Made by a program: the position numbers and the translations under genes. From Gemmatimonadales bacterium (lineage in GTDB: Bacteria > Gemmatimonadota > Gemmatimonadetes > Gemmatimonadales > GWC2-71-9): a stretch of 37,051 nucleotides of DNA. The stretch lies in contig JBFJCP010000038.1 in the NCBI GenBank assembly GCA_041615815.1, positions 1 to 37,051 on the forward strand. Direction: 5' to 3'. This document shows, piece by piece, positions 18,284 through 27,283 of the stretch. The notes beneath the pieces were generated by a model. It was not told where the DNA came from and made no database searches. It was given only the letters and a program-made list of their open reading frames with translations. Numbering within the stretch: the stretch's first letter is position 1; every line of letters begins with the position of its first letter.

Positions 18284-18356
18284 TAGCGGTAACGGGATTC
18301 GAACCCGTGTTTCTGCCTTGAGAGGGCAGCGTCCTAGTCCCCTAGACGATACCGCC
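18284..18356 (-). tRNA. tRNA-Glu(CTC)
   Basis: GGCGGTA/TACCGCT acceptor stem, CTGCC-ctCTCaa-GGCAG, GGTTCGAATCC; CCA not encoded. Confidence 0.95.
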
Positions 18357-18380
18357 ACAGACCGGCAGCGCCGGGGTTCA

Positions 18381-18409
18381 AATATCACCCGCCGCGGACG
18401 TCCGGGCAA
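18381..18409 (-). promoter_or_regulatory. sigma70-type promoter of the tRNA-Glu pair
   Basis: TTGCCC-N17-GATATT on the minus strand, about 25 nt upstream of tRNA-Glu(CTC). Confidence 0.55.
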
Positions 18410-18441
18410 CCCGGAATAACGGGTGTGGTAGGCTGTGGGGG

Positions 18442-18999
18442 GTGCGGACTAACGAGTTGGACGCGCAGGCACGAGGAGCCGTGCTGGGCATGGACTACAT
18501 CGCTGCAGCCTCGACGTACGTCGCCACCATCCTCGAGCGGCTCCAGGCCAGGTGGCCCGAGATCCGCCAGGTGCTCGTCAGCGCGTATGGTCGCCACCCC
18601 GCCCTGGCGGACGACGACGCCAACTACGCGGAAGCGGCTCTCGCCGCCCTTGCCGTGGGACTCCAAGCCCTCGATCAGAGCGCGCCTCCCTCGTTGACCA
18701 GCCAACTGCGCCCGGCCGTCTACGACGCCGTCATCGACCGATTCGGCACCCCTGAGGCCGCCACGGCACTGGATCAATACTCCGAGCTTTGGGATCGTAC
18801 GCGCGATCCGAGCGGACTCGGTATGGGCTTCATTATGAGCGTTCTCGGCGAAGAGCCGAAGCGCGAGGGCGAGCACGCCATTCTGCGGTACAGGACCGAG
18901 AAGCTCGCTGGTGGGACACTGATCGACGTGGCGGTGGGTGTCTGGCCGGAGGTGCTGGGCGGCGAGCGGGGAGCAGGCAGCGGAGAGCGGGAACAGTGA
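18442..18999 (+). CDS. Hypothetical helical protein
   Basis: 185-aa ORF with GC3-rich codon use filling the gap between tRNAs and ppk; no recognised motif. Confidence 0.55.
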   Translation: MRTNELDAQARGAVLGMDYIAAASTYVATILERLQARWPEIRQVLVSAYGRHPALADDDANYAEAALAALAVGLQALDQSAPPSLTSQLRPAVYDAVIDRFGTPEAATALDQYSELWDRTRDPSGLGMGFIMSVLGEEPKREGEHAILRYRTEKLAGGTLIDVAVGVWPEVLGGERGAGSGEREQ

Positions 19000-19107
19000 G
19001 AGGGCAGAGGGAAGAGCGATTGCAGAATTCAGCACGCACAATGCGGCGGCGCCAGAACGCCGGCTCCTCCGACTCCCCGCTCACCGCGCCCTGCTCCCCG
19101 CTCGCCG
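18960..19107. repeat. Inverted arrays of degenerate heptamer repeats with an 18-bp perfect inverted repeat
   Basis: cggcgagcggggagcagg (18960-18977) is the reverse complement of cctgctccccgctcgccg (19090-19107). Confidence 0.7.
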
Positions 19108-22100
19108 TAAGAACTGCTCCTGTGCTCCGGCGGCATCCGCCAACGACGCCGAGCGTCGCTCGTAAGATCCATCCGGACTCAATTCCCACGCGGTGGGGTC
19201 GGCGAACTCCGTGGTGAGAATCTCGTCGAGCCGTTTGCGGGCAGCGGCATCCGCGACCGCGGTGACTACCTCAACGCGCCGCCGGAGGTTGCGCGGACGC
19301 CAATCGGCCGAGCCGATGTAGTACTCGTCGTCTCCGCCATTGCGGAAGTGGTAGATCCGCGCGTGTTCGAGAAAGCGTCCCAAGATCGAGACCACGCGGA
19401 TGCGTTCCGAGAGACTGGGGACGCCCGGACGAAGCGTACACATTCCCCGCACCACCAACTCGATCACCACCCCGGCCTGCGAGGCAGCATAGAGCGCTTC
19501 GATGATCTCCGCATCGGCGAGGCCGTTGACCTTCACGCGGATCCCGGCCTCCCGCCCGGCTCGCGCATGCTCGGCCTCCCGCTCGATGAGCGAGACAAAG
19601 CGCGGTAGCATATCGTTGGGGGCCACCAGCAAGTGCCGAAAGCCGGTCTGGGACGGGCGGGACGATCCCATCAACTGGTTGAACAGGTCGCCCACGTCCG
19701 CACCGAGCTTTGGATCGCCAGACAACAGGCCAAGATCCGAATACAGCCGCGCCGTACTGGCGTTGTAGTTACCGGTTCCTACGTGCACGTACCGTCGAGC
19801 CGCATCCTGCTCACGCCGGACGATCATGGCGAGCTTGGAGTGGGTCTTGAGGTTGACGAGTCCGTAGATCACGTGCACGCCTGCCCGCTCGAGCTTTCTC
19901 ACCCACTCGATGTTGCGCTCTTCGTCGAAGCGAGCTTTCAACTCGACCAGGACATCGACTTCTTTCCCAGCCTCCACCGCCGCAATCAGGGCGTCGACCA
20001 CTGGTGAGCGCTGCCCCGCCCGGTACAGGGTTGCCTTTACAGCGACCACGTCGGGATCGGACGCCGCTTCGGTGAAAAGGCGTTGCGTAGTACTCTCGAA
20101 CGCGTCGTACGGATGGTGGACGAGGATGTCGCGCTCCCGCAAAACCGCGAAGATGGACTTGTCGGCGGGAATGGGGTTCGCCGCGTCGAGCGACGGATAG
20201 TCGAGCGCCGGCTGTTCCACGTTGGCGATCTGCGTGAGCGCGCTGAGGTCGAGCAGCCCGTCGACCTCGTAGATGCCGGAAGCTCCCGGCGTGGTCCCAC
20301 GGACCCCACCCACCATTTGGAGCTCTCGCATCAGGAGGTCCCGCATCACCGGCGGCATGGCGCGTTCGACCTCGAGACGAACGACACCGGCGAAGGGGCG
20401 CTTTCGTACCTGCTCCTCCACCGCGTCGAGGAGATCTTCCGCTGCCTCTTCGTCCAACTCCAAGTCACCGATCCTCGTCACACGAAAAGGGTGTACAGCC
20501 TCGACGCGCCGCCCGGGATAGAGCTTGTCGAGATTCGCCCGCACGATTTCTTCCAACGGCACGAACCGGTCACCTTCAGGCAGCCTCACGAACCGCGGGA
20601 GCGACGCCGGGAGGGTCGTGACACCAAACCGCAACCGGCCCGTCCCTTCGTCCCGTACCATGGCTGCCAACGAAAGATGGAGATTTTCGATGTGTGGGAA
20701 CGGGTGTCCGGGCGCTCGGGTGACCGCGTGAGGCGTGAGCAACGGAAACACCTGATCGTCATAGTATCGGCGGAGGTATCGCGCTTCATCCGGCGACAAC
20801 TCCTCCCAGCTATGGATCCGAACGCCCTCCGCGGCCAACGCCGGCAGTAGCTCGTGCTCGAGACACCGCCGCTGCCGGTTGAGCTGCTGACGGAGGCGAA
20901 CCGAGATGGCATCCAACCGCTCGTGGGCCGTCAGGCCGTCGTCACCCCGATCGTTCTTGCCGCCTGCCAGTGCTCGCTTGAGTGCCCCCACGCGAACCAT
21001 GAAATACTCGTCCGTGTTGCTCGTATAGATCGCCAGAAACCGAAGCCGTGCGAGGAGTGGGACTCCGGGATCCTCGGCGAGCGCGAGCACCCGTCCGTTG
21101 AATTCCAGAAGACTCAGATCGTCGGTGAGGAACCGCTGCGCGGTTGGCAACGCTCCCGGCCCGGCAGACGGCGGCAGGCGGCGAAATTCCTCTCTGGACA
21201 AGGCGGGAGGTGCCTCGGCCCCATCTCGTGCGAGGCAAAAACCCTCGAACGCCGCCTGCCGGGCAAAGAGCGCGAGCGCCGCCAGTGTGCGACCATCGCG
21301 CAACGCGGGAGCACCGGCCAGGTCCAGGACGTCCCGCGAATGGACCCAGCTGAAGTCCCCACTCATTCCCACCTCCCCACCGTTCGCCGGAAACGTCGCC
21401 AACCACACCTCCATCGCCGCGGCGCTTGGAGAGGCGGCCACGGTTCCCATGAGCTCCAGCTCGGCCCCGGCCAACCCGAGCGCGGTGGTGAGGATGCGGC
21501 GCGACGCCTCCTCGCCTTTGCCTTCCTGAATGGGCAGACGCAACGCCCGGCCGTCGTAGCGCATGGCCACTCGGTCGTTGGCCACCGCGATAACGGCGAC
21601 CTCGGGGATCGAGGTCACGGTGGTTTGGGGCGTTTCCGACTCCATGGCGCTGAGGAGCTCTTCGGCCCGCTCCACCCGTCGCGACGGCATCGGACGCAAG
21701 CCGTATTCCTGGGCGAATGCGCCACCCAGTTCTTCGATGGGCGGACCCCCAGGCGCGAGGCGCCGAATGCGTACCTCGTGAAACGTGCGAGAGAGACCAC
21801 CGCTGTGTACGGCGATCGTGTCGTACGCGATCTCGAACGCCTTGATGGGGAGCCAGCGGGGGCGGACCGTTCGTGCGATGCGCTCGATCTTCAGCTCGAT
21901 GCGAATCCCTAATTGACCGGGATCCACCACCGCTCTGAGGCGCCTGGCAGGCTCGGAGGCACCGTGCAGCGACGCCAGGGGGTCCACCTCGGGGACCTCG
22001 GACTCAAAATGGTCGTACTCCACCAAGGCACCACCAGCCACTGCAGTACGTATCACCACACGCAACGTCCGACGATCATCCATGCCGATGCGAAATCGGC

Positions 22101-22284
22101 AGCTCACACCGCGGCGTTGAAGCTCGCCATCCGGGGTGTCGAGATAGATGTCGCGATGGAAACTGCGATGGGGGCGACCGGCGCGCAGACCGAGTGGCAG
22201 AGGCGCGGCCGTCAGGGACTGGAGGACGTCCGCGCTCGGCACCTCAAAGCGTAACGCATTCTCCGATACAGTTTGGGTGGTCAT
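19081..22284 (-). CDS. ppk1: Polyphosphate kinase 1 with N-terminal CYTH-like and NUDIX-like domains (copy A)
   Basis: LEFNGRVL, SNTDEYFMVRV, HPFP, VHHPY, TLYR, ELKARFDE, KTHSK, GTGNYN, RFLEHARIY, SADWRPRN; N-terminal DIYLDTPDGELQRRGVSCRFR. Confidence 0.95.
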   Translation of the reverse strand: MTTQTVSENALRFEVPSADVLQSLTAAPLPLGLRAGRPHRSFHRDIYLDTPDGELQRRGVSCRFRIGMDDRRTLRVVIRTAVAGGALVEYDHFESEVPEVDPLASLHGASEPARRLRAVVDPGQLGIRIELKIERIARTVRPRWLPIKAFEIAYDTIAVHSGGLSRTFHEVRIRRLAPGGPPIEELGGAFAQEYGLRPMPSRRVERAEELLSAMESETPQTTVTSIPEVAVIAVANDRVAMRYDGRALRLPIQEGKGEEASRRILTTALGLAGAELELMGTVAASPSAAAMEVWLATFPANGGEVGMSGDFSWVHSRDVLDLAGAPALRDGRTLAALALFARQAAFEGFCLARDGAEAPPALSREEFRRLPPSAGPGALPTAQRFLTDDLSLLEFNGRVLALAEDPGVPLLARLRFLAIYTSNTDEYFMVRVGALKRALAGGKNDRGDDGLTAHERLDAISVRLRQQLNRQRRCLEHELLPALAAEGVRIHSWEELSPDEARYLRRYYDDQVFPLLTPHAVTRAPGHPFPHIENLHLSLAAMVRDEGTGRLRFGVTTLPASLPRFVRLPEGDRFVPLEEIVRANLDKLYPGRRVEAVHPFRVTRIGDLELDEEAAEDLLDAVEEQVRKRPFAGVVRLEVERAMPPVMRDLLMRELQMVGGVRGTTPGASGIYEVDGLLDLSALTQIANVEQPALDYPSLDAANPIPADKSIFAVLRERDILVHHPYDAFESTTQRLFTEAASDPDVVAVKATLYRAGQRSPVVDALIAAVEAGKEVDVLVELKARFDEERNIEWVRKLERAGVHVIYGLVNLKTHSKLAMIVRREQDAARRYVHVGTGNYNASTARLYSDLGLLSGDPKLGADVGDLFNQLMGSSRPSQTGFRHLLVAPNDMLPRFVSLIEREAEHARAGREAGIRVKVNGLADAEIIEALYAASQAGVVIELVVRGMCTLRPGVPSLSERIRVVSILGRFLEHARIYHFRNGGDDEYYIGSADWRPRNLRRRVEVVTAVADAAARKRLDEILTTEFADPTAWELSPDGSYERRSASLADAAGAQEQFLRRAGSRAR

Positions 22285-22291
22285 GTCTACA

Positions 22292-22297
22292 ATTGTA
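22292..22297 (-). promoter_or_regulatory. -10 hexamer TACAAT directly upstream of ppk1-A start (leaderless candidate)
   Basis: Minus strand gtg-TACAAT-tgtagac-ATG; no SD. Confidence 0.45.
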
Positions 22298-22356
22298 CAC
22301 CGATCCCACGGCGGACGCGCCAGGTGTTGCCGAAAGACGTACGCGCAGCGCGGGTG

Positions 22357-25227
22357 CTAGGGTGCGCCGCCGGTCAGCGAATCCCGCAGGGACTTCCTGG
22401 CGCCATTGGCGAAGCGGACGATTTCGATGAGCAGCGCGCGTACGCTGTCGGCTTCGGTCCCCGCTCCCAGCTGGCGAAGCGCATGCTCGCGAAGCGGCAG
22501 TACCTCCGTCCACGCAATCTGGTCCTGGAAGCCCGCCATCTGCATGAAAGGATCCGTCGCCGCAACGAGTTCCCGCGGCGCACTTCCTACCGCAGACACG
22601 CGGGCGACCTCCAATCGCAGCGGCCAGAGGGAGGCCGTCAACCCAAAGACGAAACGGCCAACGCTGTAGCGCCGCTGCGCGTCTTTCCACAGCCGCACTG
22701 CCGTCGCCGTATCGCCGCGGGCCAGCGCCTCTCCCGCCCGCAAGTCACCGGAGAGACTCTGGAACAACGGGTCGGCCGTGGGCCGGGTGGCCAACGCCTC
22801 GAGACGGGATCGGGCAGTGGCATACCGAGCGGGGGACCGCCTTCCATACCAACGGGCTGCCAACCACAACGCCTCGCCGTCTTCCGTACGATCGAGGAGC
22901 CGACGGGCAGCCTCGGCTTGACGACCCTCGTCACCCAATTGGGCCACCGCGGTAACGGCGGTTAGGAGAATCCAACGATCCAGCTCGGCTTGAGAAACGT
23001 CCAACCGCTCGGCGTCGCGGAATAGCGAGTCCGCTGTCGCGTCCCGTCCCCCTCCCAGCTCGACCGCCAGCATCATCCGAAACGCCGCCTCCCGGTCGGC
23101 ACGAGTGGCTGCGCGCTTCCACAGGGCTCGGACGGCCTGCGTGGACACGAGCCGGCTCGACGCTGCCTGTTGGAGCTCTCCAGCGCCGAGCCCAATCGTC
23201 TCCAGCGCGATGGCGGGCCGCGTGGGAAACGATTCCCGTACTCGCAGGGCGGGCCCGGAGCCCTGGAACACGAGGGAATCGACCATGTGCACGAGCTCGG
23301 CCCACACCGAGGTGTTGTCCACCGCAAGATAGGCCTCGACGAATCGCTGGGCATCGTCGTTCCGGCCGTCCAGGAACGCGAGCTGAGCCAACAGCGCGAG
23401 GGCGGTAACGAACTGCGGATCGAGACCATGGACGCGGCGCCATGCTCGTTCCGCCGAGACCCTGGGTGTGCCGAGTACGGCGGCGAAATAGAACTGGACG
23501 TAGCCCAGCATGACCCAAGCGTCAATCACTTGTGGATTTTGGACCGCGACCGCTTCCAGCAACTCGATGGCGGCCGCGAGATCCCCATGGCCCGCGAGCA
23601 ATTCGTAGGCGTCGAGAAGAGCGGCGGAGGTAGGGTCGAGGCGGTCGCGATACAAGCGTGCGGCCTCCAGCGCCGACCGCAGGTTGTGGACGCGGCTGGG
23701 CTGGGTCCGGCTCAGCTCCGAGAGCATGCGCTTGAGGTATGCGGGGGCAAAGGTGGAGTCGAGCCGGATCACGTCGTCGAAGCGCTCCGTGGCGCGATCG
23801 AAGGCGCCCCGGCGATAGAGCTCTTCAGCCTCGTAGTACGCATTGAACGCATCCAGTCCCCGGGGGAGGGCTTGGCGCCAACCGGTCAGTCGTCGCGCAG
23901 CGCGGCCAGCGAACACATCGAGCACCACGGCCGACACCAGGGACGAGAGGCTGTCGACGGGTCCCGTCACGCGGCCACTCTCGAGCACCCGGCGGCTCGC
24001 CGCATCGCGTAGTTGGACCTCGATGGTGAGATCTCCGCCGGGCGTCACTGCCGCATTTCCCCACACGGTTTCGCTCACCGCAAAGCGCCCGATCACGAAA
24101 TCCTGCAGGCTGTCGAGATCCCCCGTGGTCCCGAACCGCGCGGTCACCGCATCGCCCACCCGGTCCGCACTCACCACGCGGTAGTCCGGCACCCACTGCA
24201 ATTGCGCTTCGAACGCACGAGGGAGCGCCGCGCGTAAGTCGATGGTCTCGAGCCCCGTCGTCACCATGAACGGCAAGATGGCGACTGACGGTGTGACCGC
24301 TGTTCCCGGTCCGCGTGGCTGCCAGAGCCACCAGCCGGTGAGCCCCACGAGCACGAGCGCCGCTGCGCCCACGGCTGCCGTCAGCCAGCTGCCAATTCGT
24401 CTCCCCCGCTGGGCACTGCTGATCGTGTCCAGCCACGCCTTGGCCGATGGCGGGCGCTGGTCTCGGTCCAGGGCCAACGGCGCGGTCAGCGCGCGGACCG
24501 CCGGGATGCTCAGTTCGGGGCGCGCTTTGCGTAAGCGGCGCTCCGCCGTGGTCCGGTCGCTCATCACGTTTGGCAGTGTGCCGACGAGCGCCTCGTGCGC
24601 CGCGGCGGCGAGTGCATATAGGTCCACGCGGCCGTCGATGTCCCGGGCACCGGCTGCCTGTTCCGGAGCCATGTACGCGGGGGTGCCAATCACGGCGCCG
24701 GCTTCGGTGAGCGTTCGCTCGCCCGACGTCCGCTCCCGTGCCACACCAAAGTCGGTCACCATCCACCGACCCGTGGCTTCCTCTCGCAGGATGTTGGAAG
24801 GCTTGATGTCGCGGTGAATCACACCCCGGTCATGAGCGAACTGCAGCGCAGCACCCACCTGCGTCACCATCTCCCGCACCACGTCGTACTCGAGCGGGCC
24901 CTGCGCGGCCACGTATTGTGCCAGCGTCTTGCCCTCGACAAACGGCATGACCAGGTACGCGAGATCGTTGGTGGTGGCGAATTCGAAAACCGAGACGATG
25001 TGCGGATGAGAAAGGTTGGCCGCCAGCGCGGCTTCACGCTTGAAGCGCGCCAAGCGCTGGGGGCCCAGGGTCAGATCGCGATGCAGCACCTTGATAGCGA
25101 CCCGCGAGCCCAGCTCCCGATGGCGACCGAGGTACACCGCGCCCATCCCTCCCTGGGCGTGGAGGCCTTCCACCTCATAGTGCTCGCCGGTGGCGGCCCG
25201 TACATCCTCGATGGACGGTTGGTTCAT
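22357..25227 (-). CDS. Hanks-type Ser/Thr protein kinase with TM helix and TolB-N/TPR-like C-terminal region
   Basis: GGMGAVY, VAIK, HRDIKPSN, DFG, GTPAYMAPE; TM near aa 280-300; VAILPF; helical repeats. Confidence 0.92.
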   Translation of the reverse strand: MNQPSIEDVRAATGEHYEVEGLHAQGGMGAVYLGRHRELGSRVAIKVLHRDLTLGPQRLARFKREAALAANLSHPHIVSVFEFATTNDLAYLVMPFVEGKTLAQYVAAQGPLEYDVVREMVTQVGAALQFAHDRGVIHRDIKPSNILREEATGRWMVTDFGVARERTSGERTLTEAGAVIGTPAYMAPEQAAGARDIDGRVDLYALAAAAHEALVGTLPNVMSDRTTAERRLRKARPELSIPAVRALTAPLALDRDQRPPSAKAWLDTISSAQRGRRIGSWLTAAVGAAALVLVGLTGWWLWQPRGPGTAVTPSVAILPFMVTTGLETIDLRAALPRAFEAQLQWVPDYRVVSADRVGDAVTARFGTTGDLDSLQDFVIGRFAVSETVWGNAAVTPGGDLTIEVQLRDAASRRVLESGRVTGPVDSLSSLVSAVVLDVFAGRAARRLTGWRQALPRGLDAFNAYYEAEELYRRGAFDRATERFDDVIRLDSTFAPAYLKRMLSELSRTQPSRVHNLRSALEAARLYRDRLDPTSAALLDAYELLAGHGDLAAAIELLEAVAVQNPQVIDAWVMLGYVQFYFAAVLGTPRVSAERAWRRVHGLDPQFVTALALLAQLAFLDGRNDDAQRFVEAYLAVDNTSVWAELVHMVDSLVFQGSGPALRVRESFPTRPAIALETIGLGAGELQQAASSRLVSTQAVRALWKRAATRADREAAFRMMLAVELGGGRDATADSLFRDAERLDVSQAELDRWILLTAVTAVAQLGDEGRQAEAARRLLDRTEDGEALWLAARWYGRRSPARYATARSRLEALATRPTADPLFQSLSGDLRAGEALARGDTATAVRLWKDAQRRYSVGRFVFGLTASLWPLRLEVARVSAVGSAPRELVAATDPFMQMAGFQDQIAWTEVLPLREHALRQLGAGTEADSVRALLIEIVRFANGARKSLRDSLTGGAP

Positions 25228-25509
25228 AGCGGATCAACGGTCACAAAGGCAGAGGGCAGCAGTCAGGTCGATAACGACGATACTGACGAATGTAGACGGC
25301 AGGCCTCGAGCAGCCAGTGTTTCGACACCTCGGTATCCGTGTGCCGGCCACGGTCGACCCTCAACCCTCGGATCTCTCGGCGGATCGGCAGGGCCCACAT
25401 CAACCCCATGGACTGCCCTCTGCCCCCGCCCCCCGAACCACCCGCTGGCGCCACTCGACACGGAGCCCTAGAATGGAAAGACCTGCCAGCCCCGGGAGGT
25501 CGATCACCC

Positions 25510-25944
25510 ATGGCAACCGTCAAGGACATCCTGGCTCACAAAGGTGGCGACGTCGTCACCATGGTCGCCGCCGAGTCGGTCCTCAACGCCGCGCGTCTCA
25601 TGAACGAGCGGGGCATCGGCGGCATCGTAGTCATCGACGAGGGACAGATGGTGGGCATTTTCACCGAGCGCGACATCCTGCGTCGCGTCGTGGCCGAGCA
25701 GCGCGATCCCGCACAGACCGTGGTTCGCGACGTGATGACCGCCCCGGTGGTCACCTGTCGACCCGCCGCGACCCTCGAGCAGTGTGTCGCGATGATGACC
25801 GAGAAGCGCATTCGGCATCTGCCCGTCGCTGGTGATACAGGCCCGGAAGGCATCATCACGAGCGGGGACATCCTCGCGTATCAGGTACGAGAGCAGAAGG
25901 ACACGATCGAATACTTGAACAGCTACGTGTTTGACTTGCGGTGA
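25510..25944 (+). CDS. CBS domain protein (stand-alone CBS pair)
   Basis: GGAGGT RBS; MATVKDILAHKG, GIFTERD, VRDVMT, RIRHLPV, GIITSGD. Confidence 0.92.
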   Translation: MATVKDILAHKGGDVVTMVAAESVLNAARLMNERGIGGIVVIDEGQMVGIFTERDILRRVVAEQRDPAQTVVRDVMTAPVVTCRPAATLEQCVAMMTEKRIRHLPVAGDTGPEGIITSGDILAYQVREQKDTIEYLNSYVFDLR

Positions 25945-26579
25945 GCAGGTTCAGGGGGTGGTGGTTCTTCACCGCTCCCTGCTGCCCGCTTCCCACCGAG
26001 CTTCTCGACTTCCTCGTATCGAGGACATCCCAGTAGGTGGTCGTTGACGAGGCCCGCGGCCTGCATGAAGGCGTAGCAGATCGTTGACCCAACAAACCGA
26101 AACCCCCGTTGCTTGAGAACCTTGCTCATCGCGTCGGATTCCGACGTCGTCGCGGGCACCTGCGCGAGGGAGCGCCAGCGGTTTTGACGCGGGACCCCAT
26201 CTACGAACCCCCAGATGAACGTGTCGAAGGACCCGACCGCGGCCCGGACCTCGAGTAACGCCTGCGCATTTGTGACGGCGGCGTGGATCTTCTGCCGGTT
26301 GCGGACAATTCGGGCGTCCTCCGCCAGCCGTTCCAGCCGGCGGGGGGTGAACCGCGCCACTTTTGTGGGATCGAACCCCTGAAAGACCTCCTGAAACGCC
26401 TCGCGTTTACCCAGGATCACCGCCCAGCTCAGACCGGCCTGGAAACCATCGAGCACGAGGTACTCGAAGAGGAGCCGGTCATCGTGCACTGGCACCCCCC
26501 ATTCTCCATCGTGATACGCCCGCATGAGTGGGTTGACCTCCGCCCAGGGGCAGCGGCGAAGAGCGCGATCGCGTGGCAT
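25923..26579 (-). CDS. tag: DNA-3-methyladenine glycosylase I
   Basis: RCPWA, YHDGEWG, LDGFQAGLSW, IVRNRQKI, FVGSTICYAFMQAAGLVNDH...C. Confidence 0.93.
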   Translation of the reverse strand: MPRDRALRRCPWAEVNPLMRAYHDGEWGVPVHDDRLLFEYLVLDGFQAGLSWAVILGKREAFQEVFQGFDPTKVARFTPRRLERLAEDARIVRNRQKIHAAVTNAQALLEVRAAVGSFDTFIWGFVDGVPRQNRWRSLAQVPATTSESDAMSKVLKQRGFRFVGSTICYAFMQAAGLVNDHLLGCPRYEEVEKLGGKRAAGSGEEPPPPEPAHRKSNT

Positions 26580-26796
26580 GGAGCTTCCAGCGTTCGGGGT
26601 CGGGTGGGAGCTTCCGAGAAGGTGCGTGGAACCTATGCTCGCCGCGGTGCGGCGTGAAGGCTTGGGGATCTGGTGGTGCAGGAAGAAACCTCCACCCATG
26701 TCTTATCAACGAGGCACCCAAAACTTTCACTAGCAGAGCAGTGTCGATACATTGTTGCGCACGTGCCTCGACCGTCGGGTCACTGGCGCTAGTAGC

Positions 26797-26823
26797 GTAA
26801 GTTATTGTAGATAAAATACTTGC
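26797..26823. promoter_or_regulatory. IHF-like AT-rich dyad GTAAGT-N15-ACTTGC
   Basis: gTAAgttaTTGtagataaaatacTTGc, about 40-65 nt upstream of the sigma54-like element. Confidence 0.5.
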
Positions 26824-26860
26824 GTTGCTTCGCCCGTGTGGCCGGTGCAACGGTGATCGA

Positions 26861-26876
26861 TGGCACAAGGTGTGCT
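26861..26876 (+). promoter_or_regulatory. sigma54 (-24/-12) promoter candidate
   Basis: TGGCACaaggtgTGCT with GG-N10-GC spacing; overlapped by a CRP-like TGTGC-N6-TCACA at 26871-26886. Confidence 0.55.
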
Positions 26877-26934
26877 AAAAATCACAAATAGTCCTGGGCG
26901 TATTGTATCCACGCCTGGCAAAGGAGACACACCG

Positions 26935-27054
26935 TTGCGTAGCATGAATCTGCTCAACCGTATCACCGACGTGGGCTTCGTCGTGGCCAGCATCATCGGC
27001 ATCGTGACCCTGGTTGGGGTCATTGGGGCCATCTGGGTGCTGCTTGTCCGATGA
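26935..27054 (+). CDS. Small single-TM protein (39 aa; 36 aa if ATG 26944)
   Basis: AAGGAG 8 nt before TTG; (M)RSMNLLNRITDVGFVVASIIGIVTLVGVIGAIWVLLVR*; GC3-rich codons. Confidence 0.6.
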   Translation: MRSMNLLNRITDVGFVVASIIGIVTLVGVIGAIWVLLVR

Positions 27055-27229
27055 TTCGCCGCGTCGTGGGCGCCGTGGCCGTGGTCTTGTCCTTTGCCGC
27101 TCCCGGGGTCTGGATTGCCACGTGGTGTCATCTCCTCCTCAAGGCGCTCAAGGCCGGTCTTCTCTTCTGACGAATCAGCCACGCGGCTCGGCGGCGTAGG
27201 ACTGCCGCCGGCGCGAGAGAACCAACGAC

Positions 27230-27257
27230 AACCGCCCGGCCTCACGGCCGGGCGGTT
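27230..27257. terminator. Bidirectional-type terminator hairpin
   Basis: aaccgcccggcc-tcac-ggccgggcggtt perfect 12-bp stem between convergent genes. Confidence 0.75.
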
Positions 27258-27283
27258 TCCGCTTTTGGGACACTCGCCGCCGC

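Noticed and set aside
24814..25509. 376-aa ORF fusing a long N-terminus to the CBS pair
   Set aside because: Antisense to the kinase gene; strong RBS marks the real start at 25510
25923..25990. Functional C-terminal tail of Tag overlapping the CBS gene
   Set aside because: Tail is read-through across heptamer-like repeats and the convergent gene end; not family-like
26935..27054. Flp/type IV pilin identity for the small TM ORF
   Set aside because: No prepilin cleavage motif with +5 Glu (or EY); no tad/pil genes nearby
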